This document shows, piece by piece, positions 1 to 10,235 of a stretch of 34,927 nt of DNA. The stretch comes from Sphingobacteriaceae bacterium (GTDB lineage: Bacteria; Bacteroidota; Bacteroidia; Sphingobacteriales; Sphingobacteriaceae). The translations under genes and the position numbers were made by a program. The stretch is from positions 1 to 34,927 of the forward strand of contig CANHHZ010000001.1 in NCBI GenBank assembly GCA_947460275.1. The letters run 5' to 3'. The first letter of the stretch is position 1. Each line of letters starts with the position of its first letter. Below the pieces are notes generated by a model. That model did not search any database and was not told the origin of the DNA. It worked only from the letters and a program-made list of their open reading frames with translations.

Positions 1-2151
1 GGCCGTTGTGGTTTCCCACTTCAGTTTTTCGTTTGCTGGTCCAGCATATAAATCGTTGGCTAAACCGGTTTGCACTGCCCCACCAAAAGGATAGTTGTAA
101 ACACTAAGCTGCGCCAAAGATGCATAAGAGCCAATGCCTTGGTTGCCAGTTTGGCCATAGCTAAGGCGAATTTTTAAATCACTGATGGCTTTTATGCTTT
201 TCATGAACTCTTCATTAGAAACTTTCCAAGCTACTGCGGCCGATGAAAAACCTGCCCATTTATTGTCTTTACCAAATTTACTCGAACCATCTTGACGATA
301 AGCGAAAGTAACGAAATATTTATCGTTATAGTTGTAGTTGGTACGCCCTAAAAACGAAATTAAAGTAGATTGGAAGCGCGAGGTAATTACGGGTAAAACA
401 ACTTCTCCAGCCGCTAAATTCTCATTTTGCAAGGCGTCATTTGGAAAAGTTTTGGCTTCTGCTCTTTTAGACTGGCCGTTTGTACGCTCAAAGGTACTTG
501 CACCAACTATATTTAAACTGTGTTTTTTAAACTTTTTATCAAAGGTAAGTAAGCTTTCGGCAACACCACTATTCCAGATATTATCTGATTTCAAACCAGA
601 CCCCCTAACGGCAAACCCTTCATAAACGCTTCGTGGATAATATTGGTCTCTTGCGCTTGATGAATAGCTAAAACCAAGATTTTGCCTAAACTTAAAGTTT
701 TTCAAGAAAGTAGCTTCAATATAATTAGAAGAAAATATATTTAATCCCTTAACTGCATTTAAAACTGAATTTACATAGATGTAAGGGTTGGTGATAAACG
801 CATCGCCTACACCATCATAATCTATTGGTTCTGATGCGGTTGAAGGAAATGTAAGTGCCGAACGAATAACCCCGGCGCTTGCTGCATCAGATTTGGTAGT
901 TCCTGTTTTTACACCATTGGTAAGTGTGCTGGCAAAATTTGTACTCGTACCAACTCTAAACGTTTTGCTCATATTTCTATTTAGGTTCAAGCCTAAACCA
1001 AACCTATTGTAGTCAGAGTTAGAGATAGTTCCTTCTTGGTCTAAATAGCTAAAGGTTAAGCTATGACTACCAGCATCATTAGCACCAGAAATATTGAGTG
1101 AGTAATTTTGATACAATCCACGTCTAAAAATTCTGTCTTGCCAATTGTTGTTATCGCCAATAAAATCTTGCGGACCTTTGGCATAATAAGTATTGCCTGG
1201 GTTTAAAGGATCTGGAAGTTGGGTACCAGGAAAAGGCAAACTATAAGCTGTTCCTGTATATTTATTAGAATTGCTATACGCCAAATTTTGATAGGCCGCA
1301 TATTCCGAAGCATTCAATACATCGAGTTTTTTAGAAACTTCGGCCTGCCCAAAAACAAAATTTGCCTCAATTTTATCTTTACCGATTTTACCTTTTTTTG
1401 TAGTAATTAATACTACTCCATTAGCTCCCCTAGAGCCGTAAATTGCTGTAGCAGAAGCGTCTTTAAGAATATCAATGCTTTCGATATCATTTGGATTTAA
1501 AAAAGCCATTGCATTTAACGTTTGTTTTTCGTCTTCGCCAATGGATACAGGTGTAGCGCCGCTACTATTGTTATTAAAAGGAACGCCATCAATCACATAA
1601 AGAGGCTCAGTTCCACCTAAAAACGAATTTGATCCTCTAATCCTAATGCTTAACCCAGCACCTGGAGCGCCATCATTTTGGGTAACGTTTACACCGGCAA
1701 TCTTTCCTTGTAAGGCCTGTAAAACATTGGTTGGTGCGTCTTTGAGTAAGCTCTCGCTGTCAATTCGAGTTACAGATCCAGTCAAATCTGATTTTTTTAC
1801 TGTTCCATATCCAATAACCACTACATCGTTTAACGTTGTGCTTTGAAGTTTTAAGGTAATGAGAAAATTGGTTTTTGAACCAATAGCCATTTCTTGGCTT
1901 TCCATTCCTAAAAATGAAAACACAAGTATTTGGCTGTTTGATGGAACATTTATGGAGAAAATTCCATTTTGATTTGTTAAGACTGTTGTTTTAGTGTTTT
2001 TAACAGCAACAGAAACGCCGGGTAATCCAATTCCATTCTCGTCTGCAACTTTTCCAGAAAGCTTTTTCTCTTGAGCAAACGTGGAAATAGTAATCGTTAA
2101 ACATACAAGTAGTGCGAATAGATTAGTAAATAATTTATTAAGCATAAGCAT
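1..2151 (-). CDS. susC: SusC/RagA-family TonB-dependent outer membrane transporter, 5' part (runs off the left edge; absent from the ORF track)
   Basis: Manual minus-strand translation from ATG 2151 (alternative 2145): MLMLNKLFTNLFALLVCLTITISTFAQEKKLSGKVADENGIGLPGVSVAVK...LNDVVVIGYGTVKKSDLTGSV...LQGKIAGVNV..GAPG..IRIRGSNS..EPLYVIDG..NPNDIESIDILKDASATAIYGSRGANGVVLITTKKG, the classic SusC N-domain and plug signature. Confidence 0.95.
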   Translation of the reverse strand, partial: MLMLNKLFTNLFALLVCLTITISTFAQEKKLSGKVADENGIGLPGVSVAVKNTKTTVLTNQNGIFSINVPSNSQILVFSFLGMESQEMAIGSKTNFLITLKLQSTTLNDVVVIGYGTVKKSDLTGSVTRIDSESLLKDAPTNVLQALQGKIAGVNVTQNDGAPGAGLSIRIRGSNSFLGGTEPLYVIDGVPFNNNSSGATPVSIGEDEKQTLNAMAFLNPNDIESIDILKDASATAIYGSRGANGVVLITTKKGKIGKDKIEANFVFGQAEVSKKLDVLNASEYAAYQNLAYSNSNKYTGTAYSLPFPGTQLPDPLNPGNTYYAKGPQDFIGDNNNWQDRIFRRGLYQNYSLNISGANDAGSHSLTFSYLDQEGTISNSDYNRFGLGLNLNRNMSKTFRVGTSTNFASTLTNGVKTGTTKSDAASAGVIRSALTFPSTASEPIDYDGVGDAFITNPYIYVNSVLNAVKGLNIFSSNYIEATFLKNFKFRQNLGFSYSSSARDQYYPRSVYEGFAVRGSGLKSDNIWNSGVAESLLTFDKKFKKHSLNIVGASTFERTNGQSKRAEAKTFPNDALQNENLAAGEVVLPVITSRFQSTLISFLGRTNYNYNDKYFVTFAYRQDGSSKFGKDNKWAGFSSAAVAWKVSNEEFMKSIKAISDLKIRLSYGQTGNQGIGSYASLAQLSVYNYPFGGAVQTGLANDLYAGPANEKLKWETTTA

Positions 2152-2167
2152 TTTATTTGGTTTGTAT

Positions 2168-2175
2168 CAAAAGTA
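2168..2175 (-). promoter_or_regulatory. Bacteroidetes sigma-A -7 element for susC (TACTTTTG)
   Basis: Matches TAnnTTTG 16 nt upstream of the susC ATG; no TTTG at the -33 position. Confidence 0.6.
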
Positions 2176-2197
2176 GCGTTCAAATTAGGGTTTAAAA

Positions 2198-2343
2198 TAA
2201 TACTATTTTATCTATTAATAATATTTTTATCTCTTAAAATTACGTATGTTTTAAATTAACATATTTTTTATTGCTTTTAAGACATTTTAATTAGTAATTG
2301 AACAATGCTTATCTTATCTTTGAGAACTAATATTATTTTATCT
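2198..2343. promoter_or_regulatory. Repeated 16-bp motif TAATAYTATTTTATCT, candidate AraC operator sites, plus araC -7 element TATCTTTG (2315-2322)
   Basis: TAATACTATTTTATCT at 2198-2213, TAATATTATTTTATCT at 2328-2343, degenerate copy at about 2216-2232. Confidence 0.5.
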
Positions 2344-2369
2344 TATTTATTGATTTTATTGAACTCATT

Positions 2370-3245
2370 GTGCAGGTAAATCTTATAAAAGAAATAACTC
2401 CGCTTACCAATAGTGATTGTTTTACCATTTTTGAAAGGAAAAAACAAGACTTTGATTTTCCTTTGCATTACCATGAAGAGATGGAGCTTAATTTTATTAC
2501 CAATGCCGCAGGAGCCAGAAGGGTAGTTGGTGATCATATCGAAGAAATAGAAGATATAGAATTGGTGTTAATTGGGTCTAACCTGCCACATGTGTGGGAA
2601 ACCCACAAGTTAAACGGCAAAGAAATTCATGAAATAACGCTTCAGTTTCATAAAGATCTATTTGATGAAAGATTTTTGCGCAGAAACCAGCTAAGGGTAA
2701 TTAGAGAAATGTTTGAAAAAGCCAAATGTGGCATTTTATTCTCTAAAGAAACCACACAGGCTCTCGGGCCAAGGCTTGTAAAGCTAAACAAAAGGCATGG
2801 GTTTGATTCCGTACTAGAGCTAATGTCTATTTTGCACGATCTTTCGACCTCCCGAAATATGCGAACCTTGTCCGACTCTACCTTTAGCAATGCCGAATTC
2901 TCCTATAACAGTAGGCGCATAGAAAAAGTAATGGAGTACATCAATTTGAACTTTGATAAACAAGTTTCTTTAGCAGAAGTTGCCCGTATTGCCAACATGA
3001 CTGAAGTTTCTTTTAGTCGTTTTTTTAAAAGTAGAACGGGTATTAGTTTTATAGACAGTTTAATAGAAATTAGATTAGGTCATGCTTCTCGTAAATTAAT
3101 TGATACCACCCAAGGAGTTGCCGAATTAGCTTATAACTGTGGTTTTAATAATATATCCAATTTCAATAGAATATTTAAAAAGAAAAAAGGCTGCACCCCA
3201 AAAGAGTTTAGAGAAAACCTTTCTGGACACCGAATTTTTGTATAA
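2370..3245 (+). CDS. AraC-family transcriptional regulator (cupin sensor + double HTH)
   Basis: N-terminal FDFPLHYHEEMEL cupin motif; C-terminal VAELAYNCGFNNISNFNRIFKKKKGCTPKEFR; GTG start. Confidence 0.93.
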   Translation: MQVNLIKEITPLTNSDCFTIFERKKQDFDFPLHYHEEMELNFITNAAGARRVVGDHIEEIEDIELVLIGSNLPHVWETHKLNGKEIHEITLQFHKDLFDERFLRRNQLRVIREMFEKAKCGILFSKETTQALGPRLVKLNKRHGFDSVLELMSILHDLSTSRNMRTLSDSTFSNAEFSYNSRRIEKVMEYINLNFDKQVSLAEVARIANMTEVSFSRFFKSRTGISFIDSLIEIRLGHASRKLIDTTQGVAELAYNCGFNNISNFNRIFKKKKGCTPKEFRENLSGHRIFV

Positions 3246-4309
3246 TGAAAAAGTTATTACTTTCACTGTTTTTAGTTTTCGCCTCTGGCAATTTATTGGC
3301 CAAATCTGGGTTTAATTTTTACCCTGGCAACCACCCGTTTGTAAAATACATAGGTAGGGTAGATTTTTCCGATACCAGCAAACCAAAATTTTGGGCTTCG
3401 GGGACTTATGTACAAATTACATTTATCGGTACTTATTGCAATCTGCAAATTGATGATGAAATGCTTTGGGGAACGACACTAAATTATCTCCAAATAAAAG
3501 TAGACGACCGGCCCGCTTACCGTATACAGCTAAAGGGAAAACACAATGTGATTACTTTGGCCAAAAACTTACCCAAAGGAAAACATACCATTTTAATTTG
3601 TAAAAATACAGAAGCTGAAAATGGCTACATTCAGATTTTGGGCTTTGAGTGTGAACAAATTTTGCGTCCAGCTTTGACTCAAACCCGTAAAATGGAATTT
3701 ATTGGAGATTCGATTACCTGCGGCGCTGCCAGTGACGAGAGTGAAATTAAATGCGATAAAGGTCAATGGCACGATCAGCACAATGCCTATATGGCCTATG
3801 GCCCAACTACGGCCCGTAACCTAAACGCCCAATGGCATTTATCGTCGGTTTCGGGGATAGGGCTGATGCACAGTTGTTGCAATAAAAAAATACTAATGCC
3901 CCAAGTTTTTGATAAGGTAAACATGGCAAGGGATACCATTGCTTGGGATTTTTCACTTTATCAGCCTGACGTGGTAACCGTATGTTTGGGTCAAAATGAT
4001 GGAGTTCAAGATTCTGCACAGTTTGTAAATGCTTACATTAACTTTGCCAAAACTTTGCGTATAAATTATCCGAAAGCAAAACTAATTTTTTTATCGAGCC
4101 CAATGGCAAGCGCCGATTTAAAAGTTGCACTGATAAAATATATTAACGCAGTTAAAGAAAGTTTAAATCAACAGGGCGAAAACAACATTGCGACCTATTT
4201 CTTTTCAAAATCCTATCACCAAGGCTGCGGCGGGCATCCGTCGGTAGTTGATCATCAAGCGATTGCCGCAGAGCTAACCGCTTCCGTTAAAAAAATAATG
4301 AAATGGTAA
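3245..4309 (+). CDS. SGNH/GDSL carbohydrate esterase, CE2-like (acetyl esterase), secreted
   Basis: Signal peptide; N-terminal beta-domain; FIGDSITCG, VSGIG, LGQND and GCGGHPS (CE2-type Ser-His dyad); TAATG stop/start overlap with araC. Confidence 0.85.
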   Translation: MKKLLLSLFLVFASGNLLAKSGFNFYPGNHPFVKYIGRVDFSDTSKPKFWASGTYVQITFIGTYCNLQIDDEMLWGTTLNYLQIKVDDRPAYRIQLKGKHNVITLAKNLPKGKHTILICKNTEAENGYIQILGFECEQILRPALTQTRKMEFIGDSITCGAASDESEIKCDKGQWHDQHNAYMAYGPTTARNLNAQWHLSSVSGIGLMHSCCNKKILMPQVFDKVNMARDTIAWDFSLYQPDVVTVCLGQNDGVQDSAQFVNAYINFAKTLRINYPKAKLIFLSSPMASADLKVALIKYINAVKESLNQQGENNIATYFFSKSYHQGCGGHPSVVDHQAIAAELTASVKKIMKW

Positions 4310-4326
4310 CCCTTAAAACTATATAC

Positions 4327-4977
4327 ATGAAACGCCTTAACCTTATTGTTCTATTTGTGTTGACATCATTTTTTGTTCAAGCACAAGAAAATCGTCCTTT
4401 TTATAGTGAAATTAACAATTTTAAAAAGAAGGATAGTTTAGAATTCCCACCAAAAAATGCAGTGCTTTTTGTCGGAAGCTCTACTTTTACCAACTGGAAA
4501 GATGCACAAAAATACTTTCCAACCCATACCATCATTAATCGTGGTTTTGGAGGTTCCTCTTTGCCGCATGTAATCGGCTATGCCAATGACATTATTTTCC
4601 CTTATCATCCTAAACAAATTGTAATCTATTGTGGCGAAAATGATTTTACAGGTAATGCAACAGCCCAAGTAGTTGTTGATAGGGTAAAAGAATTGTTTAC
4701 GTTAATTAGAAATAAATATCCTAAAGTTTACATCGCCTACATATCTATAAAACCAAGTCCATCCCGCGAAAAATATTTGCCTCAAATGGTAGCTGCAAAT
4801 AAAATGATTGCAGAAATGATTAAAGGCATGAAGAGGGCACAATTTATAAATACTTACGACGCCATGTTTACGGCCAGTGGCGAAATGATGAATGATATCT
4901 TTTTAAAAGATAATTTGCACATGAACGCTAAAGGCTATGCCATTTGGGCTAAGATAATGGAACCCTATTTGAAATAG
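4327..4977 (+). CDS. GDSL/SGNH lipase-esterase family protein, secreted
   Basis: LFVGSS, NRGFGGS, YCGEND and DNLH blocks; ATG 4327 gives a clean signal peptide (the ORF opens at 4303). Confidence 0.85.
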   Translation: MKRLNLIVLFVLTSFFVQAQENRPFYSEINNFKKKDSLEFPPKNAVLFVGSSTFTNWKDAQKYFPTHTIINRGFGGSSLPHVIGYANDIIFPYHPKQIVIYCGENDFTGNATAQVVVDRVKELFTLIRNKYPKVYIAYISIKPSPSREKYLPQMVAANKMIAEMIKGMKRAQFINTYDAMFTASGEMMNDIFLKDNLHMNAKGYAIWAKIMEPYLK

Positions 4978-4999
4978 AACAAGTCTGCTTTTCTAAGAG

Positions 5000-6112
5000 T
5001 TAAGCGGCCAAAGTGTTGTTTGTTTTAGTTAGATAAGCTTCTTTGCCTAATTTGCGCAACATGCGGTAATGCGAACGCAGTGCAATTAAAAAAGTTTTGT
5101 TTTCTATATAAGGTAAATCAAACTCTAGAGCTGTTTCTTTGATGATTTTTCCAATGGCTGGGTAATGAATGTGACATATTTTAGGAAAAAGATGATGTTC
5201 TATTTGTCTGTTTAATCCGCCACAAAAAAAGCCGGCAACTTTATTGTCAACAGCAAAGTTAGCTGTGGTCATTAATTGGTGTGCTGCCCAAGCATCTTCA
5301 ATATTGCCATTTGCATTGGGTAATGGGAAATGGGTCCCTTCTACCACATGCGCCAATTGAAAAACTAAGCCCAAAACCAATCCTTGTGAGAATTGCATCG
5401 CCAAAAAGCCGATCAAAAATTGCCACCATGTTACATTCATCACCATGAGCGGTAAAATGATAAATAAAAAGTAATAGAGAAATTTAAAAAAGAACAAGTT
5501 AAAATACTCAATTTTAGGGTGATTTGCCACTTGGCTCCCAATCTTGCTTTGAAAGAATTTTTTATAATCTTTTCTAAAAACCCATGAAAGCATAGCCAAA
5601 CTGTATAAACCAAAAGCATAAATGTGCTGATAGCGTTGTATTTTATTTACAGGTTCGGTTTCAGAAAATCTAATTAGGCCTGGCGCCACATCAATGTCTT
5701 CATCGTGACCCGAAATATTTGTATAAGTGTGGTGTACAATGTTATGGCAAATGCTCCAAACATAAGCACTGGCGCCTATTAAACTGAATAAAAAACTAAA
5801 GCATTTGTTAATGATGGGGTGTTGAGAATAGGCCTTGTGTATGGCGTCGTGACAAATGTTAAACCCCACAAATGCACCAAAAGCCCCAAGTAAAACCGCC
5901 ATGGCTAGGGTGTAAACCGGGTTAAAATTACCTAGTAAAACTAGAAAATAAAGTGCAGTAAAGCCTCCTAAAAAAAACGTTGTTTTAAACCACATTGCAG
6001 TATTTGCATGGGTACTTATTTGCTGTGTTGTAAAGTAATTGTCAACTCGATGGCGTAAGGTAGCGTAAAAAGTACATTGCTTAGTATTGGTGAACTTAAC
6101 TTTAGTTGTCAT
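5000..6112 (-). CDS. Membrane acyl-CoA/fatty acid desaturase
   Basis: Three His boxes HDAIH, HNIVHH and QIEHH; hydrophobic transmembrane segments. Confidence 0.92.
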   Translation of the reverse strand: MTTKVKFTNTKQCTFYATLRHRVDNYFTTQQISTHANTAMWFKTTFFLGGFTALYFLVLLGNFNPVYTLAMAVLLGAFGAFVGFNICHDAIHKAYSQHPIINKCFSFLFSLIGASAYVWSICHNIVHHTYTNISGHDEDIDVAPGLIRFSETEPVNKIQRYQHIYAFGLYSLAMLSWVFRKDYKKFFQSKIGSQVANHPKIEYFNLFFFKFLYYFLFIILPLMVMNVTWWQFLIGFLAMQFSQGLVLGLVFQLAHVVEGTHFPLPNANGNIEDAWAAHQLMTTANFAVDNKVAGFFCGGLNRQIEHHLFPKICHIHYPAIGKIIKETALEFDLPYIENKTFLIALRSHYRMLRKLGKEAYLTKTNNTLAA

Positions 6113-6229
6113 TTGTTTTGGATGATTTTTCTTATAATTAGCTAATTTATAACTTTTTACGAAATATGTTGCACGAATAAGTTTTTAATTTAAAATGAAT
6201 TGCTTTATTTGTAGGTAAAATGTTGCTTG

Positions 6230-7528
6230 ATGAACAAAAACGCCTGTAAATTTTATTTGAAAAAAATAAGTTTCTTTATTTTTTTCTGCTTGCTATCCTT
6301 TTTAAACGCAAACGCACAAGACACCCTTCAAAAAGTTAATTTAAGTAAGAAAAATGCAATTTCGCAGCAGCAAAAGCCTTATGTAATCTTAATTTCAATT
6401 GATGGTTTTAGGTGGGATTTGGCGGATAAATACAAGGCCAAAAACTTAATTGCACTTCGTAAGGCAGGGGTAGAGGCTGAATATTTGAAGCCTTCGTTCC
6501 CCTCACTTACTTTTCCAAACCATTATACTATCGCAACAGGCTTATATCCGGTGCACCACGGCATTGTAGACAATAATTTTTACGACAAGAAGAGAGAAGT
6601 GATCTACAGAAAATCGGATAAGGTAATGGCTGTTGATAGCTCTTGGTATGCTGGTAAGCCAATTTGGGTGTTGGCCGAAGAACAACAAATGCTAAGTGCA
6701 ATATACTATTGGCCAGGTTCTGAAATTTCGATGAACGGAATAAGACCTACCTATTTTTACAATTACAACGAAATTATCCCCATGGGGAGAAGAATTGAAA
6801 CGGTAAAAAATTGGCTACAACTTCCAGATCATAAAAGACCACATTTAATAGCTTTTTATTTTCCGCAGGTAGATAAGGCTGGACATAATTATAGCGTAAA
6901 TTCTAAAGCAACAGAAGCTGCGGTTTTAGAAGTGGATGATGCAATTGGTCAATTAGTTCAAGTAGCAAAGGCCACTCAATTGCCTATTAATTTCATGGTT
7001 GTTTCTGATCACGGAATGACCCCGATTGATCAAGAAAACACAATCCCACTGCCCAAAGCTATAAATTTAAGTCAATTTGTTGTTCCTCCGGGCACTGCAC
7101 TTTTGCATTTGTATGCCAAAAATGAAGCTTACATTCAGTCTACTTATCAGGCATTAAAAGCCGACACCACAAATTATATAGTTTATTTAGCCAAAGACAT
7201 TCCAAAGGCTTGGCATTACAATAAACAATCAGATATTTACAATAGGGTGGGCGACATAATATTGGTGCCTAAATTACCAAAGGTATTCAGCATCAATGGC
7301 TTAAAGTCTGATGTAGGTCAGCATGGATTTGACCCCTCCATATCCGACATGCATGCCATTTTCTATGCGCAAGGCCCTCAATTTAAATCGGGCATAAAAA
7401 TCAAAGCTTTCGAAAATGTACATATTTATCCTTTAATTGCTCAAATTTTAGGATTAAAAATAAATGATAAAATTGATGGTAAATTAGAAGTGTTGGCGCC
7501 AATATTGAACTCGCCAAGGTTAAAGTAA
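6230..7528 (+). CDS. Alkaline phosphatase superfamily nucleotide pyrophosphatase/phosphodiesterase (type I PDE)
   Basis: ISIDGFR, PSLTFPNHYTIATGLYP (catalytic Thr), VSDHGM, GQHGFD; signal peptide. Confidence 0.92.
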   Translation: MNKNACKFYLKKISFFIFFCLLSFLNANAQDTLQKVNLSKKNAISQQQKPYVILISIDGFRWDLADKYKAKNLIALRKAGVEAEYLKPSFPSLTFPNHYTIATGLYPVHHGIVDNNFYDKKREVIYRKSDKVMAVDSSWYAGKPIWVLAEEQQMLSAIYYWPGSEISMNGIRPTYFYNYNEIIPMGRRIETVKNWLQLPDHKRPHLIAFYFPQVDKAGHNYSVNSKATEAAVLEVDDAIGQLVQVAKATQLPINFMVVSDHGMTPIDQENTIPLPKAINLSQFVVPPGTALLHLYAKNEAYIQSTYQALKADTTNYIVYLAKDIPKAWHYNKQSDIYNRVGDIILVPKLPKVFSINGLKSDVGQHGFDPSISDMHAIFYAQGPQFKSGIKIKAFENVHIYPLIAQILGLKINDKIDGKLEVLAPILNSPRLK

Positions 7529-7594
7529 CATTTTTGTGTTTATCGTATTTATTGACTTCCTTTTTTGATATTTATACAAACAAATTATATTCAA

Positions 7595-9127
7595 ATGAAC
7601 AAGTTTTTTATTTCGGCCTTTATGGTTTTTAGCATTGTTACCTCTACACAAGCTCAAAAACCCGCAGCTATTGCAAAAGAAGAACCTACTGCCACTAATA
7701 CAAATATTGCTTCGCGTAACATTGTTGCCGAAAGCTCGGTAGTAACCAGCCACACTGTAACGATTAAAGGCAAGTTAGTGCCTTATAAAGCCACCACGGG
7801 CACTTTGCCTGTTTGGGATGAAGATGGGAAGGCTATTGCTGGTTTGTTTTATACTTATTACGAACGTACCGATATACAAAATAAAGAGGGTCGTCCATTG
7901 GTGATTTCTTTTAACGGTGGCCCAGGCTCTGCTTCAGTATGGATGCACCTCGCTTACACTGGCCCAAGGGTGCTAAAAATTGATGACGAAGGTTATCCAG
8001 TTCAGCCTTATGGATATCAAGAAAATAACAGTTCTATCTTGGATGTAGCAGACATTGTGTACATAGATCCAGTAAATACAGGTTATTCTCGTCCAACAAA
8101 CAAGGATGTAGCCGGCAGTAAATTTTTTGGAGTTAGGGCCGATATTAAATATCTAGCCGAGTGGATAAATACTTTTGTAACACGAAATAACCGCTGGGCA
8201 TCGCCCAAATTTTTAATTGGCGAAAGCTATGGAACTACCCGCGTTTCTGGTTTAGCCCTAGAGTTACAAAGTAACCAGTGGATGTATTTAAACGGCGTAA
8301 TTTTAGTTTCGCCAACAGAACTAGGTATTGTAAGAGGTACAGTAATGGATGCTGCTTTAAGTTTACCTTATTTTGCTGCAACAGCCTGGTACCATAAAAT
8401 GTTGCCCGACGATTTACAGCGTAAAAAATTGGCTGATATGTTACCCGAAGTAGAAAGCTTTACCATAAATCAACTTATTCCAGCCATAGCTAAGGGTGGT
8501 TTTTTGCCTATGGAAGAAAAACAAAAAATTGCTGCTCAAATGGCTAGATTTTCTGGCATTTCTTCAAAAGTATTTTTGCAAAATAACCTCGATGTGTCTA
8601 CCAATTTATTTTGGAAAGAGCTATTGCGTGATAAAGGTTTTACTGTTGGCAGATTGGATTCGAGATATAAAGGCATTGATAGGGCAGATGCAGGTGAAGG
8701 ACCAGATTACAATGCAGAGCTTACTTCTTGGTTGCATTCCTTTACGCCAGCTATCAATATGTACTTGCGCAACGAACTCAATTACAAAACAGATTTAAAA
8801 TACAATATGTTTGGCCCTGTAAATCCTTGGGATAGAAGCGGTGATAAAACTGGAGAAAATTTACGTGCAGCTATGGCGCAAAATCCATATTTACATTTGT
8901 TGGTGCAGTCTGGTTATTACGATGGGGCATGCGATTATTTCAACGCTAAATACAACATGTGGCAAATGGATCCAAGCGGCAAATTGAAAGATAGAATGAC
9001 TTGGGAAGGTTACGAAAGTGGACACATGATGTATTTACGTAAGCCAGATTTGGCCATGGGTAACGAGCATATCAGGAACTTTATCTTAAAAGCATTGCCA
9101 AAACCAGGCGAAGCAGCCAAATTTTAA
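7595..9127 (+). CDS. Peptidase S10 serine carboxypeptidase
   Basis: FNGGPGSAS, IDPVNTGYS, GESYG nucleophile, GYYD, SGHMMY; signal peptide from ATG 7595. Confidence 0.9.
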   Translation: MNKFFISAFMVFSIVTSTQAQKPAAIAKEEPTATNTNIASRNIVAESSVVTSHTVTIKGKLVPYKATTGTLPVWDEDGKAIAGLFYTYYERTDIQNKEGRPLVISFNGGPGSASVWMHLAYTGPRVLKIDDEGYPVQPYGYQENNSSILDVADIVYIDPVNTGYSRPTNKDVAGSKFFGVRADIKYLAEWINTFVTRNNRWASPKFLIGESYGTTRVSGLALELQSNQWMYLNGVILVSPTELGIVRGTVMDAALSLPYFAATAWYHKMLPDDLQRKKLADMLPEVESFTINQLIPAIAKGGFLPMEEKQKIAAQMARFSGISSKVFLQNNLDVSTNLFWKELLRDKGFTVGRLDSRYKGIDRADAGEGPDYNAELTSWLHSFTPAINMYLRNELNYKTDLKYNMFGPVNPWDRSGDKTGENLRAAMAQNPYLHLLVQSGYYDGACDYFNAKYNMWQMDPSGKLKDRMTWEGYESGHMMYLRKPDLAMGNEHIRNFILKALPKPGEAAKF

Positions 9128-9172
9128 CTTGACAGCATAAATTTTATTGTACCATCTTTCGGTATATTTGTT

Positions 9173-9180
9173 TATTTTTG
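9173..9180 (+). promoter_or_regulatory. -7 element TATTTTTG upstream of accA
   Basis: TAnnTTTG match 9 nt before ATG 9190. Confidence 0.5.
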
Positions 9181-9189
9181 CCACCCGCT

Positions 9190-10155
9190 ATGGAACAGAT
9201 AAAAACATCCTTCGATTTCGAAAAGCCTTTGGCTGATTTGATGCAACAAATAGAAAAGGTAAAGCAAATTGCCGACAAAACTAAAGTTGACATGTCTGCA
9301 ACCTTAAAAGAACTTGATGAAAAATTAGCCAAAACCAGTAAAACTCTGTACAGTAATTTGACAGGCTGGCAAAAGGTTCAAATGTCTAGACACGCAGATA
9401 GGCCACAAACTTTAGACTATATTCGCTTGATTTGTGATGACTTTATTGAGCTTCACGGTGATAGAACTGTAAAAGATGACAAGGCCATTGTGGGTGGTTT
9501 TGCCACCATCGATGGGCAAACAGTCATGATTATCGGACACCAAAAAGGTAAAAACACTAAGGAGCGTCAATACCGTAATTTTGGGATGGCAAATCCCGAA
9601 GGTTACAGAAAAGCATTGCGCCTAATGAAACTGGCCGAAAAATTTAATAAACCTGTAATTTCGTTGATAGATACAATGGGTGCTTACCCTGGTTTAGAAG
9701 CTGAAGAACGTGGTCAAGGGGAAGCTATTGCACGTAATTTGTTAGAAATGTCGGTGTTACGTGTTCCAATTCTATGCTTCGTAGTTGGCGAGGGTGCGTC
9801 TGGCGGAGCTTTAGGTATTGGTATTGGCGACAAAGTTTACATGTTAGAGCATACTTGGTACTCGGTTATATCCCCAGAATCATGTTCTTCCATCTTATGG
9901 AGAAGCTGGGATTTTAAAGAGAAGGCAGCCGAGTGTTTAAAGTTAACTTCTGAAGATATGTTTAATAATAAACTAATTGACGGAATAGTGAAAGAACCTT
10001 TTGCCGGTGCTCATCAAAATCCAGAGCTAATGGCAAGTACGTTAAAAAGTCAAATTTTAAGTGATTTGGCCAATTTGAAAAAAGAAGACATAGAAACTAT
10101 CATTACAAAACGAATTGATAAGTTTTGTGCTATGGGCGTAGTAAACGAAAACTAA
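9190..10155 (+). CDS. accA: Acetyl-CoA carboxylase carboxyltransferase alpha subunit
   Basis: [65 protein letters not shown]. Confidence 0.97.
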   Translation: MEQIKTSFDFEKPLADLMQQIEKVKQIADKTKVDMSATLKELDEKLAKTSKTLYSNLTGWQKVQMSRHADRPQTLDYIRLICDDFIELHGDRTVKDDKAIVGGFATIDGQTVMIIGHQKGKNTKERQYRNFGMANPEGYRKALRLMKLAEKFNKPVISLIDTMGAYPGLEAEERGQGEAIARNLLEMSVLRVPILCFVVGEGASGGALGIGIGDKVYMLEHTWYSVISPESCSSILWRSWDFKEKAAECLKLTSEDMFNNKLIDGIVKEPFAGAHQNPELMASTLKSQILSDLANLKKEDIETIITKRIDKFCAMGVVNEN

Positions 10156-10182
10156 AACCAAAATTTCTTCCTAAAATAGATA

Positions 10183-10218
10183 AAAAAAGACCTCTATAAT
10201 ATTATAGAGGTCTTTTTT
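10183..10218. terminator. Bidirectional intrinsic terminator (perfect 36-bp palindrome) between convergent accA and DUF2723 genes
   Basis: AAAAAAGACCTCTATAAT|ATTATAGAGGTCTTTTTT. Confidence 0.85.
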
Positions 10219-10235
10219 GTGGGTTTAATTAATGT

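Noticed and set aside
338-1846. Short + strand ORFs (338-625, 1219-1410, 1646-1846)
   Set aside because: Antisense shadows of the susC reading frame
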